Part shown: positions 40,606-50,505 of the stretch, piece after piece | How positions within the stretch are numbered: the first letter of the stretch is position 1 | Layout: every line of letters starts with the position of its first letter | Assembly (NCBI GenBank): GCA_902519455.1 | Contig: CABYJT010000001.1 | Location: 4,028 to 68,027, forward strand | Source of the DNA: an uncultured Pelagibacteraceae bacterium | Lineage (GTDB): Bacteria; Pseudomonadota; Alphaproteobacteria; Pelagibacterales; Pelagibacteraceae | DNA: 64,000 nt | Direction of reading: 5' to 3' | Notes under the pieces: generated by a model | What the model was told of the DNA's origin: nothing | Database searches by the model: none | Seen by the model: the letters and a program-made list of their open reading frames with translations, nothing else | Position numbers and translations under genes: made by a program

Positions 40606-42040
40606 CAGACAAAAGGAAATTGATAATCTAAAAGATTATAAGTACGGTTTTACAACTGAAATTGAAAATACAAGAGCACCCAAGGGATTAAATGAAGATG
40701 TGATAAAATTTATCTCTAATATTAAAAAAGAACCACAATGGATGCTTGATTTTAGATTAAAAGCATATGAAAGATTTAAACAGTTAAAAGAACCTGATTG
40801 GCAAAAACCAAAATATCCAAAAATAGATTACCAAGATTTATATTATTATTCGGCACCTAAAAGTATGAAAGATAAACCAAAAAACTTAGATGATTTAGAC
40901 CCTAAACTTTTAGAAACTTATAAAAAATTAGGTATACCACTACAAGAGCAAAAAAGACTTAATGGGATAGCAGTTGATGCGGTATTTGACTCTGTTTCTG
41001 TCGCAACAACATTTAGAGAAGAACTTACAAAACAGGGTATTATTTTTTGTCCAATTTCAGAAGCTATACAAAACCATCCCGAATTAGTTAAAAAATATTT
41101 AGGTTCGGTTATACCAGTTACCGACCATTTCTTTGCAACTTTAAACTCTGCAGTTTTTACTGATGGATCATTTGCCTACATACCTGAAGGTGTACGCTGC
41201 CCAATGGAACTTTCAACATACTTTAGAATTAACGCATCTAATACAGGACAATTTGAAAGAACACTAATTGTTGCCGATAAGGGAAGCTATGTAAGTTATT
41301 TAGAAGGTTGTACTGCTCCAATGCGTGATGAAAATCAGTTACATGCCGCAAATGTTGAATTAGTTGCTTTAGATGATGCAGAGATAAAATATTCTACAGT
41401 TCAGAATTGGTATCCTGGTGATAAAGATGGAAAAGGTGGAATTTACAATTTTGTTACAAAGCGTGGTTTGTGTAAAGGAAAGAACTCTAAAATCTCTTGG
41501 ACGCAAGTCGAAACTGGTTCTGCCATTACTTGGAAATATCCAAGTTGTATTTTAAAAGGTGATAATTCTGTTGGAGAATTTTACTCAATAGCTATTACCA
41601 ATAATCATCAAAAAGCAGATACTGGAACTAAAATGATTCATTTAGGAAAAAATACTAAAAGTAAAATAATATCAAAAGGTATTAGTGCTGGCTCTTCTGA
41701 TATGACTTATAGAGGATTAGTTGATATTTCTTCAAAAGCCACAAATTCCAACAATTATACTCAATGTGACTCTTTATTAATGGGCAACAAATGTGGGGCG
41801 CATACAGTTCCATATATTAAAAATAAAAATTCAGAGTCAAATATTGCCCATGAAGCAACCACATCAAAAATTAGTGAAGACCAATTGCATTACTGTCAAC
41901 AAAGAGGCTTGAGTGCAGAAGAGGCAGTAGGATTAATTGTTAATGGATTTTGTAAAGAGGTATTACAACAATTGCCAATGGAATTTGCTGTTGAGGCCCA
42001 AAAACTAGTTGGTATCAGCTTAGAAGGTAGCGTTGGCTAA
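40598..42040 (+). CDS. sufB: Fe-S assembly protein SufB
   Basis: [34 protein letters not shown]. Confidence 0.97.
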   Translation: MDNRQKEIDNLKDYKYGFTTEIENTRAPKGLNEDVIKFISNIKKEPQWMLDFRLKAYERFKQLKEPDWQKPKYPKIDYQDLYYYSAPKSMKDKPKNLDDLDPKLLETYKKLGIPLQEQKRLNGIAVDAVFDSVSVATTFREELTKQGIIFCPISEAIQNHPELVKKYLGSVIPVTDHFFATLNSAVFTDGSFAYIPEGVRCPMELSTYFRINASNTGQFERTLIVADKGSYVSYLEGCTAPMRDENQLHAANVELVALDDAEIKYSTVQNWYPGDKDGKGGIYNFVTKRGLCKGKNSKISWTQVETGSAITWKYPSCILKGDNSVGEFYSIAITNNHQKADTGTKMIHLGKNTKSKIISKGISAGSSDMTYRGLVDISSKATNSNNYTQCDSLLMGNKCGAHTVPYIKNKNSESNIAHEATTSKISEDQLHYCQQRGLSAEEAVGLIVNGFCKEVLQQLPMEFAVEAQKLVGISLEGSVG

Positions 42041-42774
42041 TGCTTAAAATTAATAAATTAAACGCAAAAATTGATAGCAAAGAAATTCTAAAGGAATTTT
42101 CTCTAAATATAAATCCAGGAGAAGTCCATGCTATTATGGGTCCAAATGGATCTGGTAAAAGCACATTATCAAATATTTTGTCAGGCAAAAAAGGGTACGA
42201 TATTACAGGAGAAATACTTTTTGAGGAAAAAGATTTGTTTGAACTTGAAACAGAAGAAAGAGCTCATAAAGGTATTTTTCTTGCCTTTCAATATCCATTA
42301 GAAATTCCAGGTGTTAATACAAATATATTTTTAAAGACTTCATTAAATGCTGTAAGGAAAGCAAGAGGTGAAAAAGAGCTTGATGCAATAGAATTTTTAA
42401 AATTAGTGAAAGAAAAATCCAAAGAACTTAAATTTGATGAGGAAAAATTAAATAGACAACTGAATGTTGGTTTTTCAGGTGGAGAAAAAAAGAAAAATGA
42501 AATTCTACAAATGTCGTTATTGGCTCCAAAACTATCAATTTTAGATGAAACAGACTCAGGTTTAGATATTGATGCATTAAGAATCGTAGCTGATGGTGTT
42601 AATTCATTAAGGGATAATAAAAATTCATTTTTAATTATTACACATTACCAAAGATTACTTGATTATATTAAACCTGATTTTGTCCATGTTTTAATGGACG
42701 GAAAAATTGTTAAATCTGGTGGGGCAGAATTAGCTTTGGAATTAGAAAAAAAGGGGTATGAAAATTTTCATTAA
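42040..42774 (+). CDS. sufC: Fe-S assembly ATPase SufC
   Basis: GPNGSGKS, FQYP, FSGGEKK, LDETDSGLDIDA. Confidence 0.97.
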   Translation: MLKINKLNAKIDSKEILKEFSLNINPGEVHAIMGPNGSGKSTLSNILSGKKGYDITGEILFEEKDLFELETEERAHKGIFLAFQYPLEIPGVNTNIFLKTSLNAVRKARGEKELDAIEFLKLVKEKSKELKFDEEKLNRQLNVGFSGGEKKKNEILQMSLLAPKLSILDETDSGLDIDALRIVADGVNSLRDNKNSFLIITHYQRLLDYIKPDFVHVLMDGKIVKSGGAELALELEKKGYENFH

Positions 42775-44022
42775 ATGAAAGAGCAATTACAAAAAGATTT
42801 TGATAATACTATTAGAAATTTAACTTTATCTCAAAAAGATATTGAAATAAAAAAATTTTATTTAGATAATTTTATTAATAAAGGTTTTCCAAACAGAAAA
42901 GAGGAAGATTGGAAATTTTCTGACCTTAAACAAATAATTAAAAAAAATATTGGAGAGCTAGCTTTTTATAGCGACTATACATCTACAAATAAAGTTGATA
43001 CTTCTGCTTTTGTAGACGGTCTAGAGCATAACAAAATAGTATTTATTAATGGAAGAATAGAAAAAATTGATTTTGATTATGAAAAAAAAGACCAAATAGA
43101 AATAATTGATCAGTCGGAAACTATTAATAAATTTAATAATAATAGCTCTTTATCAGACTTAAATAGTGCATTTACCAACAAGTCATTTAAAATAGTGGTA
43201 AGAAAAGGTTATCAATTATTAAAACCTCTTATTATCTATCATACAACCAACTCTAAAATTTGGTCTAAAAATATCAATTTAAGATTAAATTTTGAATTAT
43301 ATGAAAATAGTTCATTAAGATTAATTGATTTATTTAGGGACACTTCTGAAAAAAATTTTATCAATATTTTTTATAACTTTGATTTAAAAGAAAATTCTAT
43401 TTTAAAAAATTACAAAGTAGATAAGTTTGAAAATAAAAATATTAAGTATTCATTCAACAATATTGAGCAAGATAAAAATAGTGTTTCAGAAACATTTATT
43501 TTATCTTCAGGATCAAATTTTTGTAAGAATGAAATTAATTGTAACTTAAATGGAAAATATTCATCAGCTTTTGTAAACGGTATTTTCTCTTTAAATAATA
43601 ACAAACATCATGAAATTAGAACAATAATAAATCACTTAACTGAAAATACGAAAAGCTATCAACTTATAAAAAGTGTTTTAGAAGAAAGTTCTAGAGCAGT
43701 ATATCAAGGAAAAATATTTGTTAACTCTAAAGCACAGAAAACTGATGGTTATCAACTGAGTAAAGCAATATTGTTAAATAAAGACTCTGAGTTCAATGCT
43801 AAACCAGAGTTAGAAATTTATGCAGATGACGTTAAATGTTCACACGGTTCTGCATCAGGTAGTCTAAATGAGGACTCGATATTTTACTTAATGTCAAGGG
43901 GATTAAATTATCAACAGTCAAGAGAACTATTGATAAATGGTTTTCTATTAGATGTTGTTGAAAAAATTACTGACCCTGAAGTAAAAAATTTAATTAAAAA
44001 TATGATTGGAATAAAGGAATGA
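42775..44022 (+). CDS. sufD: Fe-S assembly protein SufD
   Basis: EDWKFS, KPELEIYADDVKCSHG. Confidence 0.94.
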   Translation: MKEQLQKDFDNTIRNLTLSQKDIEIKKFYLDNFINKGFPNRKEEDWKFSDLKQIIKKNIGELAFYSDYTSTNKVDTSAFVDGLEHNKIVFINGRIEKIDFDYEKKDQIEIIDQSETINKFNNNSSLSDLNSAFTNKSFKIVVRKGYQLLKPLIIYHTTNSKIWSKNINLRLNFELYENSSLRLIDLFRDTSEKNFINIFYNFDLKENSILKNYKVDKFENKNIKYSFNNIEQDKNSVSETFILSSGSNFCKNEINCNLNGKYSSAFVNGIFSLNNNKHHEIRTIINHLTENTKSYQLIKSVLEESSRAVYQGKIFVNSKAQKTDGYQLSKAILLNKDSEFNAKPELEIYADDVKCSHGSASGSLNEDSIFYLMSRGLNYQQSRELLINGFLLDVVEKITDPEVKNLIKNMIGIKE

Positions 44023-45239
44023 AAATAGAAAATATAAAAACTGAGTTTCCAATATTTGATGAAAAAATTCAAAATAATGATTTAGTCTATTTAGATAGTG
44101 CTAACTCATCTCAAAAACCAAAAGTAGTAGCTGATAAAATAAATGAGTTTTATACTAAGCAATTTTCCAATGTTGGGAGAAGTGTTCATTATTTAGCAGT
44201 TGCAGCAACAAACTTATATGAAAACACAAGGTCCTCTGTTCAAAAATATATTAATGCTAAAGATAAAAATGAAATAGTTTTTACTAAAGGAGCAACAGAG
44301 GCACTAAATTTAGTAGCTAATACTCTAGGGCAAAAATATCTAAATGAGGGTGATGAAATTTTAATTACAGAACTTGAGCATCATTCAAATTACGTACCTT
44401 GGCATTTTTTAAGAAAATCAAAAAATATAAAAATTAATTTTGCAGAGGTAAATGATAATGGAGATATTTCTATTGAGGATATTGAAAAAAAAATAACTTC
44501 CAAGACTAAAGTAATTGCAATTACTCATTTATCTAACGTAACGGGAGCAATATTGCCCGTTAAAGAAATAACAGATTTAGCACACTCAAAAGGGATAATA
44601 GTTGTAATTGATGGCTGTCAGGGAGCCCCTCATCTTAAATTAGATATGCAAGACTTAGATTGTGATTTTTATGCAATATCATGCCATAAAATGTATGGGC
44701 CAACTGGACTAGGTGTTTTGTACGGTAAAAAGAAGTGGCTAGAAGAACTGCCACCCTATCAAGGCGGAGGTGGAATGATCAGAGAAGTAAAAAAAGATAA
44801 AATATCTTATGGTGATTTACCAAATAAATATGAGGCTGGGACCATGGCTACAGCTCAAGTTATTGCATTTGATCAGTCAATAAAGTTTATGGAGAGTATT
44901 GGTATAGAGAATATAATGAAACATGAAGCTGATTTAGTAGAGTATGGTCAAGAGCTATTACAAAAAAATAATTCTGTTAAGTTAATTGGTAGTCCAAAAA
45001 ATAAAGGTGGAGTTTTATCATTCACTCTAGAAGGCGTTCACCCTCATGACATTGCAACAATACTTGATGAAGATGGTGTCGCAATAAGAGCAGGCCATCA
45101 TTGCTGTCAAATATTACATGATAAATTAAATATACCTGCCAGTGCAAGAGCGTCAGTAGGAATTTATAATACTAAAGATGACTTAGATAAGTTAAATGAC
45201 TCTATTAATAACTGTAAAAAAATATTTAATTTAAAATGA
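44019..45239 (+). CDS. sufS: Cysteine desulfurase SufS
   Basis: YLDSANSSQKP, EHHSN, HKMYGPTG, RAGHHC. Confidence 0.95.
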   Translation: MKIENIKTEFPIFDEKIQNNDLVYLDSANSSQKPKVVADKINEFYTKQFSNVGRSVHYLAVAATNLYENTRSSVQKYINAKDKNEIVFTKGATEALNLVANTLGQKYLNEGDEILITELEHHSNYVPWHFLRKSKNIKINFAEVNDNGDISIEDIEKKITSKTKVIAITHLSNVTGAILPVKEITDLAHSKGIIVVIDGCQGAPHLKLDMQDLDCDFYAISCHKMYGPTGLGVLYGKKKWLEELPPYQGGGGMIREVKKDKISYGDLPNKYEAGTMATAQVIAFDQSIKFMESIGIENIMKHEADLVEYGQELLQKNNSVKLIGSPKNKGGVLSFTLEGVHPHDIATILDEDGVAIRAGHHCCQILHDKLNIPASARASVGIYNTKDDLDKLNDSINNCKKIFNLK

Positions 45240-45700
45240 ACTTAAAAGAACTTTATCAAGAAATTATTTTAGAACATGGAAAAAATCCAAGGAATCTTGG
45301 AAAAGCACATGAGTTTAATAAAGATGCAAAAGGTCATAACCCTTTATGTGGAGACAATGTTCATGTTTATCTTAAATTAAATGGACAAAAAATAGTCGAG
45401 GATATTTCATTTGAGGGAAGTGGATGTGCTATCTCAATGGCATCAGCTTCAATCATGACAGATTTAATTAAAGGCAAAAATGAACATGAAGCTAAAGAGA
45501 TAGTTGAAGACTTTTTAGGAATGATAAAAGAAAATCCAGACTTAAAATCAGAATACTTAAAAGACGACGAAAAAACTAAATTAATGTGTTTATCTGGTGT
45601 TAAACAATATCCAATGAGAGTTAAGTGCGCAACATTATCGTGGCATACTCTTACATCTGCAATGGATAACTCAAAGGAAATCACTAATACAGAGTCTTAA
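45236..45700 (+). CDS. sufU: SufU (NifU-like) sulfur-transfer/scaffold protein
   Basis: LYQEIILEH, NPLCGD, GCAIS, RVKCA. Confidence 0.88.
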   Translation: MNLKELYQEIILEHGKNPRNLGKAHEFNKDAKGHNPLCGDNVHVYLKLNGQKIVEDISFEGSGCAISMASASIMTDLIKGKNEHEAKEIVEDFLGMIKENPDLKSEYLKDDEKTKLMCLSGVKQYPMRVKCATLSWHTLTSAMDNSKEITNTES

Positions 45701-45704
45701 CTTT

Positions 45705-46001
45705 ATGGAATTAAAAGAAAAAGTAATTGAAGAAATAAAAAAAATTTACGATCCTGAAATACCAGTAAATATTTATGAACTTGGATTAATATATGAAATT
45801 GCTGTAGATAAAAAAAATATTAGTGTAAAAATGACACTTACAACTCCAAATTGCCCAGTAGCTGAAAGTTTGCCTAAAGAAGTTAAAGATAGTATTATGC
45901 AATTAGAAGAGGTTGATAAAGTAGATTTAGATTTAGTTTGGGAACCACCATGGGATAAGTCTATGATGTCAGAAGCAGCAAAATTAGAGTTAAACTTATG
46001 A
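45705..46001 (+). CDS. DUF59/SufT-like Fe-S assembly protein
   Basis: DPEIPVNIYELGLIY, MTLTTPNCP, WEPPW. Confidence 0.9.
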   Translation: MELKEKVIEEIKKIYDPEIPVNIYELGLIYEIAVDKKNISVKMTLTTPNCPVAESLPKEVKDSIMQLEEVDKVDLDLVWEPPWDKSMMSEAAKLELNL

Positions 46002-46333
46002 CAAAACAAGTTATATCATTAAGCGATCAAGCAGCAAATAGGATAAAAGAAATTATGTCTTCTGCTGACAATGACTCTATTGGTGTAAGAGTTGGAGTAA
46101 AATCAGGTGGATGCGCAGGAATGTCTTATATTATGGAATACACAAAGGAAATAAATCCTAATGATGAAATTATTGAAGATAAAGGAGTAAAAGTATTCAT
46201 TGATCCAGCAGCAGTAATGTACCTTTTTGGAACTGAAATGGATTATAAAAAAGAGCAATTTTCTTCTCAATTTGTATTTAATAACCCTAATGAAACTGAG
46301 AGATGTGGCTGTGGAGAATCTTTTAAAGTTTAA
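45998..46333 (+). CDS. A-type Fe-S carrier (IscA/SufA, HesB family)
   Basis: GGCAG and C-terminal CGCGESF. Confidence 0.93.
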   Translation: MTKQVISLSDQAANRIKEIMSSADNDSIGVRVGVKSGGCAGMSYIMEYTKEINPNDEIIEDKGVKVFIDPAAVMYLFGTEMDYKKEQFSSQFVFNNPNETERCGCGESFKV

Positions 46334-46471
46334 TTATTGGTAATAGGAAATAAACCAATATTGGCCTCTTTTATTCATAGAATAAATTTTATTTTTTCTA
46401 CGCTTAGGCTTCCTAATTTCAAGTTTTTTATAGCCAATTATATTCTTTAAAGTTGATATGAATTTAGTCAT
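46334..46471 (-). CDS. Candidate small basic protein, 45 aa (not in the ORF track)
   Basis: MTKFISTLKNIIGYKKLEIRKPKRRKNKIYSMNKRGQYWFISYYQ. Its stop abuts the A-type carrier stop with no gap and it fills an otherwise large intergenic space. Confidence 0.45.
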   Translation of the reverse strand: MTKFISTLKNIIGYKKLEIRKPKRRKNKIYSMNKRGQYWFISYYQ

Positions 46472-46510
46472 ACCTTTAGATAACAAAAATGAGTGAAATT
46501 AGAATTCTAA

Positions 46511-46547
46511 TATGGGAATACCTGCTATTACTGCAGGTAATCCCATA
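46511..46547. terminator. Strong stem-loop downstream of glnA (terminator or mRNA-stabilising hairpin)
   Basis: TATGGGAATACCTGC-7 nt loop-GCAGGTAATCCCATA, 14 of 15 pairs, 11 nt after the glnA stop. Poor U-tract on the glnA strand. Confidence 0.6.
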
Positions 46548-46558
46548 AAATAAGCTTT

Positions 46559-47965
46559 TTAACAGCTATAATACATGTCGAATTCAATAGGGTGCGGCGT
46601 ATGTTCAAAATTATGAATTTCTTCATATTTAAGTTCAATATACGCATCTATTTGATCATCAGTAAATACATTACCTTGAGTTAAGAAACTTCTATCTTTA
46701 TCCAAAGCTTCCATTGCTTCTCTCAAAGAACCGCAAACTGTTGGCACCTTCTTAACTTGCTTTTCAGACAAAGCATAAAGATCTTTATCGAACGATTTAC
46801 CTGGATCAATTTTATTTTTTATTCCATCAATTCCAGCCATAAGCATAGAAGCAAATGTTAAATATGGATTTCCAGATGCATCAGGGAATCTAATTTCGCA
46901 TCTTGCACCTTTTTTACTTAATGTGATTGGAATTCTGCATGAAGCCGATCTATTTCTTGCAGAGTATGCAAGTAAAACAGGAGCTTCAAATCCTGGTATC
47001 AATCTTTTGTAACTATTTGTAGTTGCATTAGCAAATGCATTAATTGCTTTTGCATGCTTTAATACTCCACCAATATAATAAAGAGCTGTTTGAGATAATC
47101 CTGCATATTTGTTTCCAGAAAAAACAGGAGTTTTCCCTTTCCAAATTGATTGGTGAGTATGCATTCCTGAACCATTATCTCCTTTAACTGGCTTAGGCAT
47201 AAAAGTTGCAGTTTTGCCAAAAGAGTGAGAAACCATTTGAACTACATATTTGTATAGTTGGACGTTATCTGCTTGATTAACTAAAGTTCCAAATAACATT
47301 CCAAGTTCATGTTGACTTGGAGCAACTTCATGGTGGTGTTTTTCTACAGTAATTCCAACATCTCTTAGTCCTTTAAGATATTCACCTCTCATATCTTGTG
47401 CACTATCTACTGGTGGTACAGGAAAATATCCTCCTTTTACTCCAGGTCTATGACCCATGTTTCCATTATCATAAGATTTTCCAGAATTATAAGGACCTTC
47501 TGAACTATCAATTGAAAAACTTGTTTCATTCATATCGTTTTTAATTCTGACGTCATCAAAAACAAAAAATTCAGGTTCTGGACCAAAGTATGCTGTATCA
47601 CCAATTCCTGTTTTTTTTAAATATGCTTCAGCTTTTTTTGCAATTCCTCTTGGATCTCTTTCATAGGGATCTCTCTTAACTGCATCTAAAATATCGCAAA
47701 ATAAAATTAAAGTATTATGAGATGTATAAGGATCTATTACTTGTCTACTTAAATCAGGCTTTAGTATCATGTCAGACTCATTAATTGCTTTCCATCCTGC
47801 AATCGACGATCCATCAAAAAATACACCGTCATTAAGCATTCCTTCATCTACGATAGTTGTATCCATTGTTAAATGTTGAAGTTTACCCCTTGGGTCCGTA
47901 AATCTAAGATCTACAAACTCAATATTCTTAGACTTCATTAATTTTAGTACGTCCTTAGCGCTCAT
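46559..47965 (-). CDS. glnA: Glutamine synthetase type I
   Basis: FDGSSI, GPEPEFF, HHHEVA, NGSGMH, RNRSASCRIP, EIRFPD; AGGAG Shine-Dalgarno. Confidence 0.98.
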   Translation of the reverse strand: MSAKDVLKLMKSKNIEFVDLRFTDPRGKLQHLTMDTTIVDEGMLNDGVFFDGSSIAGWKAINESDMILKPDLSRQVIDPYTSHNTLILFCDILDAVKRDPYERDPRGIAKKAEAYLKKTGIGDTAYFGPEPEFFVFDDVRIKNDMNETSFSIDSSEGPYNSGKSYDNGNMGHRPGVKGGYFPVPPVDSAQDMRGEYLKGLRDVGITVEKHHHEVAPSQHELGMLFGTLVNQADNVQLYKYVVQMVSHSFGKTATFMPKPVKGDNGSGMHTHQSIWKGKTPVFSGNKYAGLSQTALYYIGGVLKHAKAINAFANATTNSYKRLIPGFEAPVLLAYSARNRSASCRIPITLSKKGARCEIRFPDASGNPYLTFASMLMAGIDGIKNKIDPGKSFDKDLYALSEKQVKKVPTVCGSLREAMEALDKDRSFLTQGNVFTDDQIDAYIELKYEEIHNFEHTPHPIEFDMYYSC

Positions 47966-48106
47966 ATTATCTCCTATAATTTTTTAATTTTCTTATCAGT
48001 TAAGAAAAGATAAATAATGCCTATTAAATAGATATCACTTATGCTTTTTTTACATGTATATTAACCTTAAAAAATTGGAATTTTCAATCAATCCTAAGTT
48101 GCAATA

Positions 48107-48586
48107 ATGAGTTTATTAAATAAAGAACCAGTTAAAAGAGCTGAAAAAGCATTAAAAGAATTCGATGATACTTTATCAGTCAAAGAATTAGAAAATACAG
48201 CAAGAACCGCCGTTGACGCAGCAAAATCTTTAAATTGTGAAGTAGGGGCAATTGTAAAAAGTTTACTTTTTAAAAATGGTGATAATTATTTTTTATGTTT
48301 GGTCTCTGGTGACAAAAGATGTTCATTAAACAAATTAAAAAATTTTTTTAATAGTAAAGATTTAAGTATGGCATCGCCTAATGATGTGAAAGAACAAACT
48401 GGATATACAATAGGAGGAGTTTCACCTATAGGTCATAAAAATAATTTAGAGATATTAGTTGATAGATCCTTAAATAGGTTTAAGGATTTATATGCAGCAG
48501 CAGGACATCCAAACTGTATTTTTAAAATTAATTTTGATGATCTTATTAAAATAACAAATGGATCAATAGAAGACGTAATTGAATGA
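48107..48586 (+). CDS. YbaK/EbsC family aminoacyl-tRNA deacylase
   Basis: IVKSL, TGYTIGGVSPIG, AAAG. Confidence 0.88.
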   Translation: MSLLNKEPVKRAEKALKEFDDTLSVKELENTARTAVDAAKSLNCEVGAIVKSLLFKNGDNYFLCLVSGDKRCSLNKLKNFFNSKDLSMASPNDVKEQTGYTIGGVSPIGHKNNLEILVDRSLNRFKDLYAAAGHPNCIFKINFDDLIKITNGSIEDVIE

Positions 48587-49476
48587 AATCTCCAAACGCT
48601 ACTGATTATTTCATTCTTACTTTTTTAGCTTTACTTTGGGCTTCAGCTTTTTTTAATATTAAAATTGCAACATATTCCTATGGACCAATAACTATAGCTT
48701 TTTTAAGAATTTTTTTTGGAATGATACCATTAATATTACTATGTTATTTCAAAAAAATAAAAATTGAAGCGTTTTCTAAAGATTGGAAATGGTTTGCAGC
48801 AATTGGTATCATTAATTTAGTTATACCTTTTTTCCTAATAGCATACGGGGTTCAGAAAGTTCAAAGTAACTTAGCAGCAATTTTAATGTCAACTACACCT
48901 ATAAGTGCAACAATACTCGCACATTTCTTTGCTGAAGGAGAGAAAATAAACATAATAAAAATATTTGGAATAGTATTAGGTTTTTCAGGAATTGTTTATT
49001 TATTCTCTGAAAATTTACTTATAAATAATGAAAATTTATTTTCTGCTCTAATGATTCTATTAGGATCAACTTTTTATGTTATTGGTGGAATTTTAACGTT
49101 AAAAATTAGTAATAAAAAAAATGAAAATGTAACTGCATCAATTCTTATTTGGGGTGCTATAATCGTTTGTCCAATATCACTAATAATTGAGCAACCTTGG
49201 AATTTAAATCCATCATTAGAATCTACATTATCTCTAATTTATCTTGGTATTTTTCCAACCGGGATAGCATGGTTATTAAGATTTATGATTTTAAAGAAAA
49301 ATGGCTTAGTTTTTCAAAGTCAGGTCGCTTATCTAATTCCAATTTTTGGAGTTATTTTAGGATATATTTTCTTAAATGAATTAGTGACACCTAAAATTTT
49401 AATTGCTTTGTGTGCTGTTGTATTAGGAATTTATTTTGTAAAAAAGGCAGGAGACAAAAAAATTCAGAGTATATAA
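48583..49476 (+). CDS. DMT/EamA family transporter
   Basis: About 10 TM segments in two EamA repeats. Confidence 0.88.
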   Translation: MKSPNATDYFILTFLALLWASAFFNIKIATYSYGPITIAFLRIFFGMIPLILLCYFKKIKIEAFSKDWKWFAAIGIINLVIPFFLIAYGVQKVQSNLAAILMSTTPISATILAHFFAEGEKINIIKIFGIVLGFSGIVYLFSENLLINNENLFSALMILLGSTFYVIGGILTLKISNKKNENVTASILIWGAIIVCPISLIIEQPWNLNPSLESTLSLIYLGIFPTGIAWLLRFMILKKNGLVFQSQVAYLIPIFGVILGYIFLNELVTPKILIALCAVVLGIYFVKKAGDKKIQSI

Positions 49477-49488
49477 AAATAAATAATT

Positions 49489-50505
49489 CTAATTTACTTT
49501 TAATTTTTCAAATTTTTTTGATTTAACCGACTTTTGTGCAGCTTCTGCTAAAATTATAGACTTTCTTCCATCTTCAAAAACAGCTCTAGGTTTTATATTT
49601 TTTTTGCAAAAGTTTGCAAGGTCAGATAGTTGCAATCTAAAAGCTTCTGCATATCTTTCTATAAAAAAATGAAGGAGTGGGGATTTATTATTTGTTGAAT
49701 TTTTTAAAAAGAGATTAGTTTCAGTATCTCTTTTATTATCTGATATCATCATTCCTTTCGTCCCAAAAAGCTCAACTCTCTGGTCATAACCAAAACTACA
49801 ATGTCTCGAATTAGTTATAATGCATTGCACCCCTTTTTTAGACTTAAGCACTGTAGTTGCAAGTTCATAGTCTTTTATCTTATTAAATCTTTGGTCTGAT
49901 ATGTTACTTCCAGTAGCAAATACAGATATAAATTCATCTGAACCCAAGTAGTATCTTGCTAAATCAAAATCATGAATCATCATATCTTTAAAAATTCCTC
50001 CAGAACCTTTTAAATAAGACAATGAAGGAGGAGCAGGGTCCCGACTAGTTATAATAATTTTTTCCAGTTTACCTATTTTATTATTTAACAAATTCTTTTT
50101 AAGTAAATTATGTCCAGGATCGTATCTTCTATTAAATCCTATTTGTACTTTAGGGTTAAGTTTTTTAATTTTTTTTAATGATGAATTAATTTTTTTTAAA
50201 TTTAAATCTAGTGGTTTTTCACAAAAGACTATTTTTTTATACTTAGCACCCTTTTCAATAAATTTTAAATGAGTAGAAGTAGAGGAGGCTATAAAAATAC
50301 ATTTTATTTCATTATCTTTAAAAGCAATATCTGGATTATTTACTGAAATAACATTTAATTTTTTTGAAATTTTGTTTGATAGATTTTTATTTAAATCAAA
50401 AACATATTTTAATTCAAATTCACTATTTTTTCTTAAATTATTAGCATGCATCTGGCCAATTCTACCAAGGCCAAACAGAGCAGTTTTTATTTTATTTTTA
50501 CCCAT
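49489..50505 (-). CDS. iolG: myo-inositol 2-dehydrogenase
   Basis: GLGRIG, CEKP, GFNRRYDP, SRDP, SGGIFKDMMIHDFD, GYDQRVE. Confidence 0.88.
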   Translation of the reverse strand: MGKNKIKTALFGLGRIGQMHANNLRKNSEFELKYVFDLNKNLSNKISKKLNVISVNNPDIAFKDNEIKCIFIASSTSTHLKFIEKGAKYKKIVFCEKPLDLNLKKINSSLKKIKKLNPKVQIGFNRRYDPGHNLLKKNLLNNKIGKLEKIIITSRDPAPPSLSYLKGSGGIFKDMMIHDFDLARYYLGSDEFISVFATGSNISDQRFNKIKDYELATTVLKSKKGVQCIITNSRHCSFGYDQRVELFGTKGMMISDNKRDTETNLFLKNSTNNKSPLLHFFIERYAEAFRLQLSDLANFCKKNIKPRAVFEDGRKSIILAEAAQKSVKSKKFEKLKVN

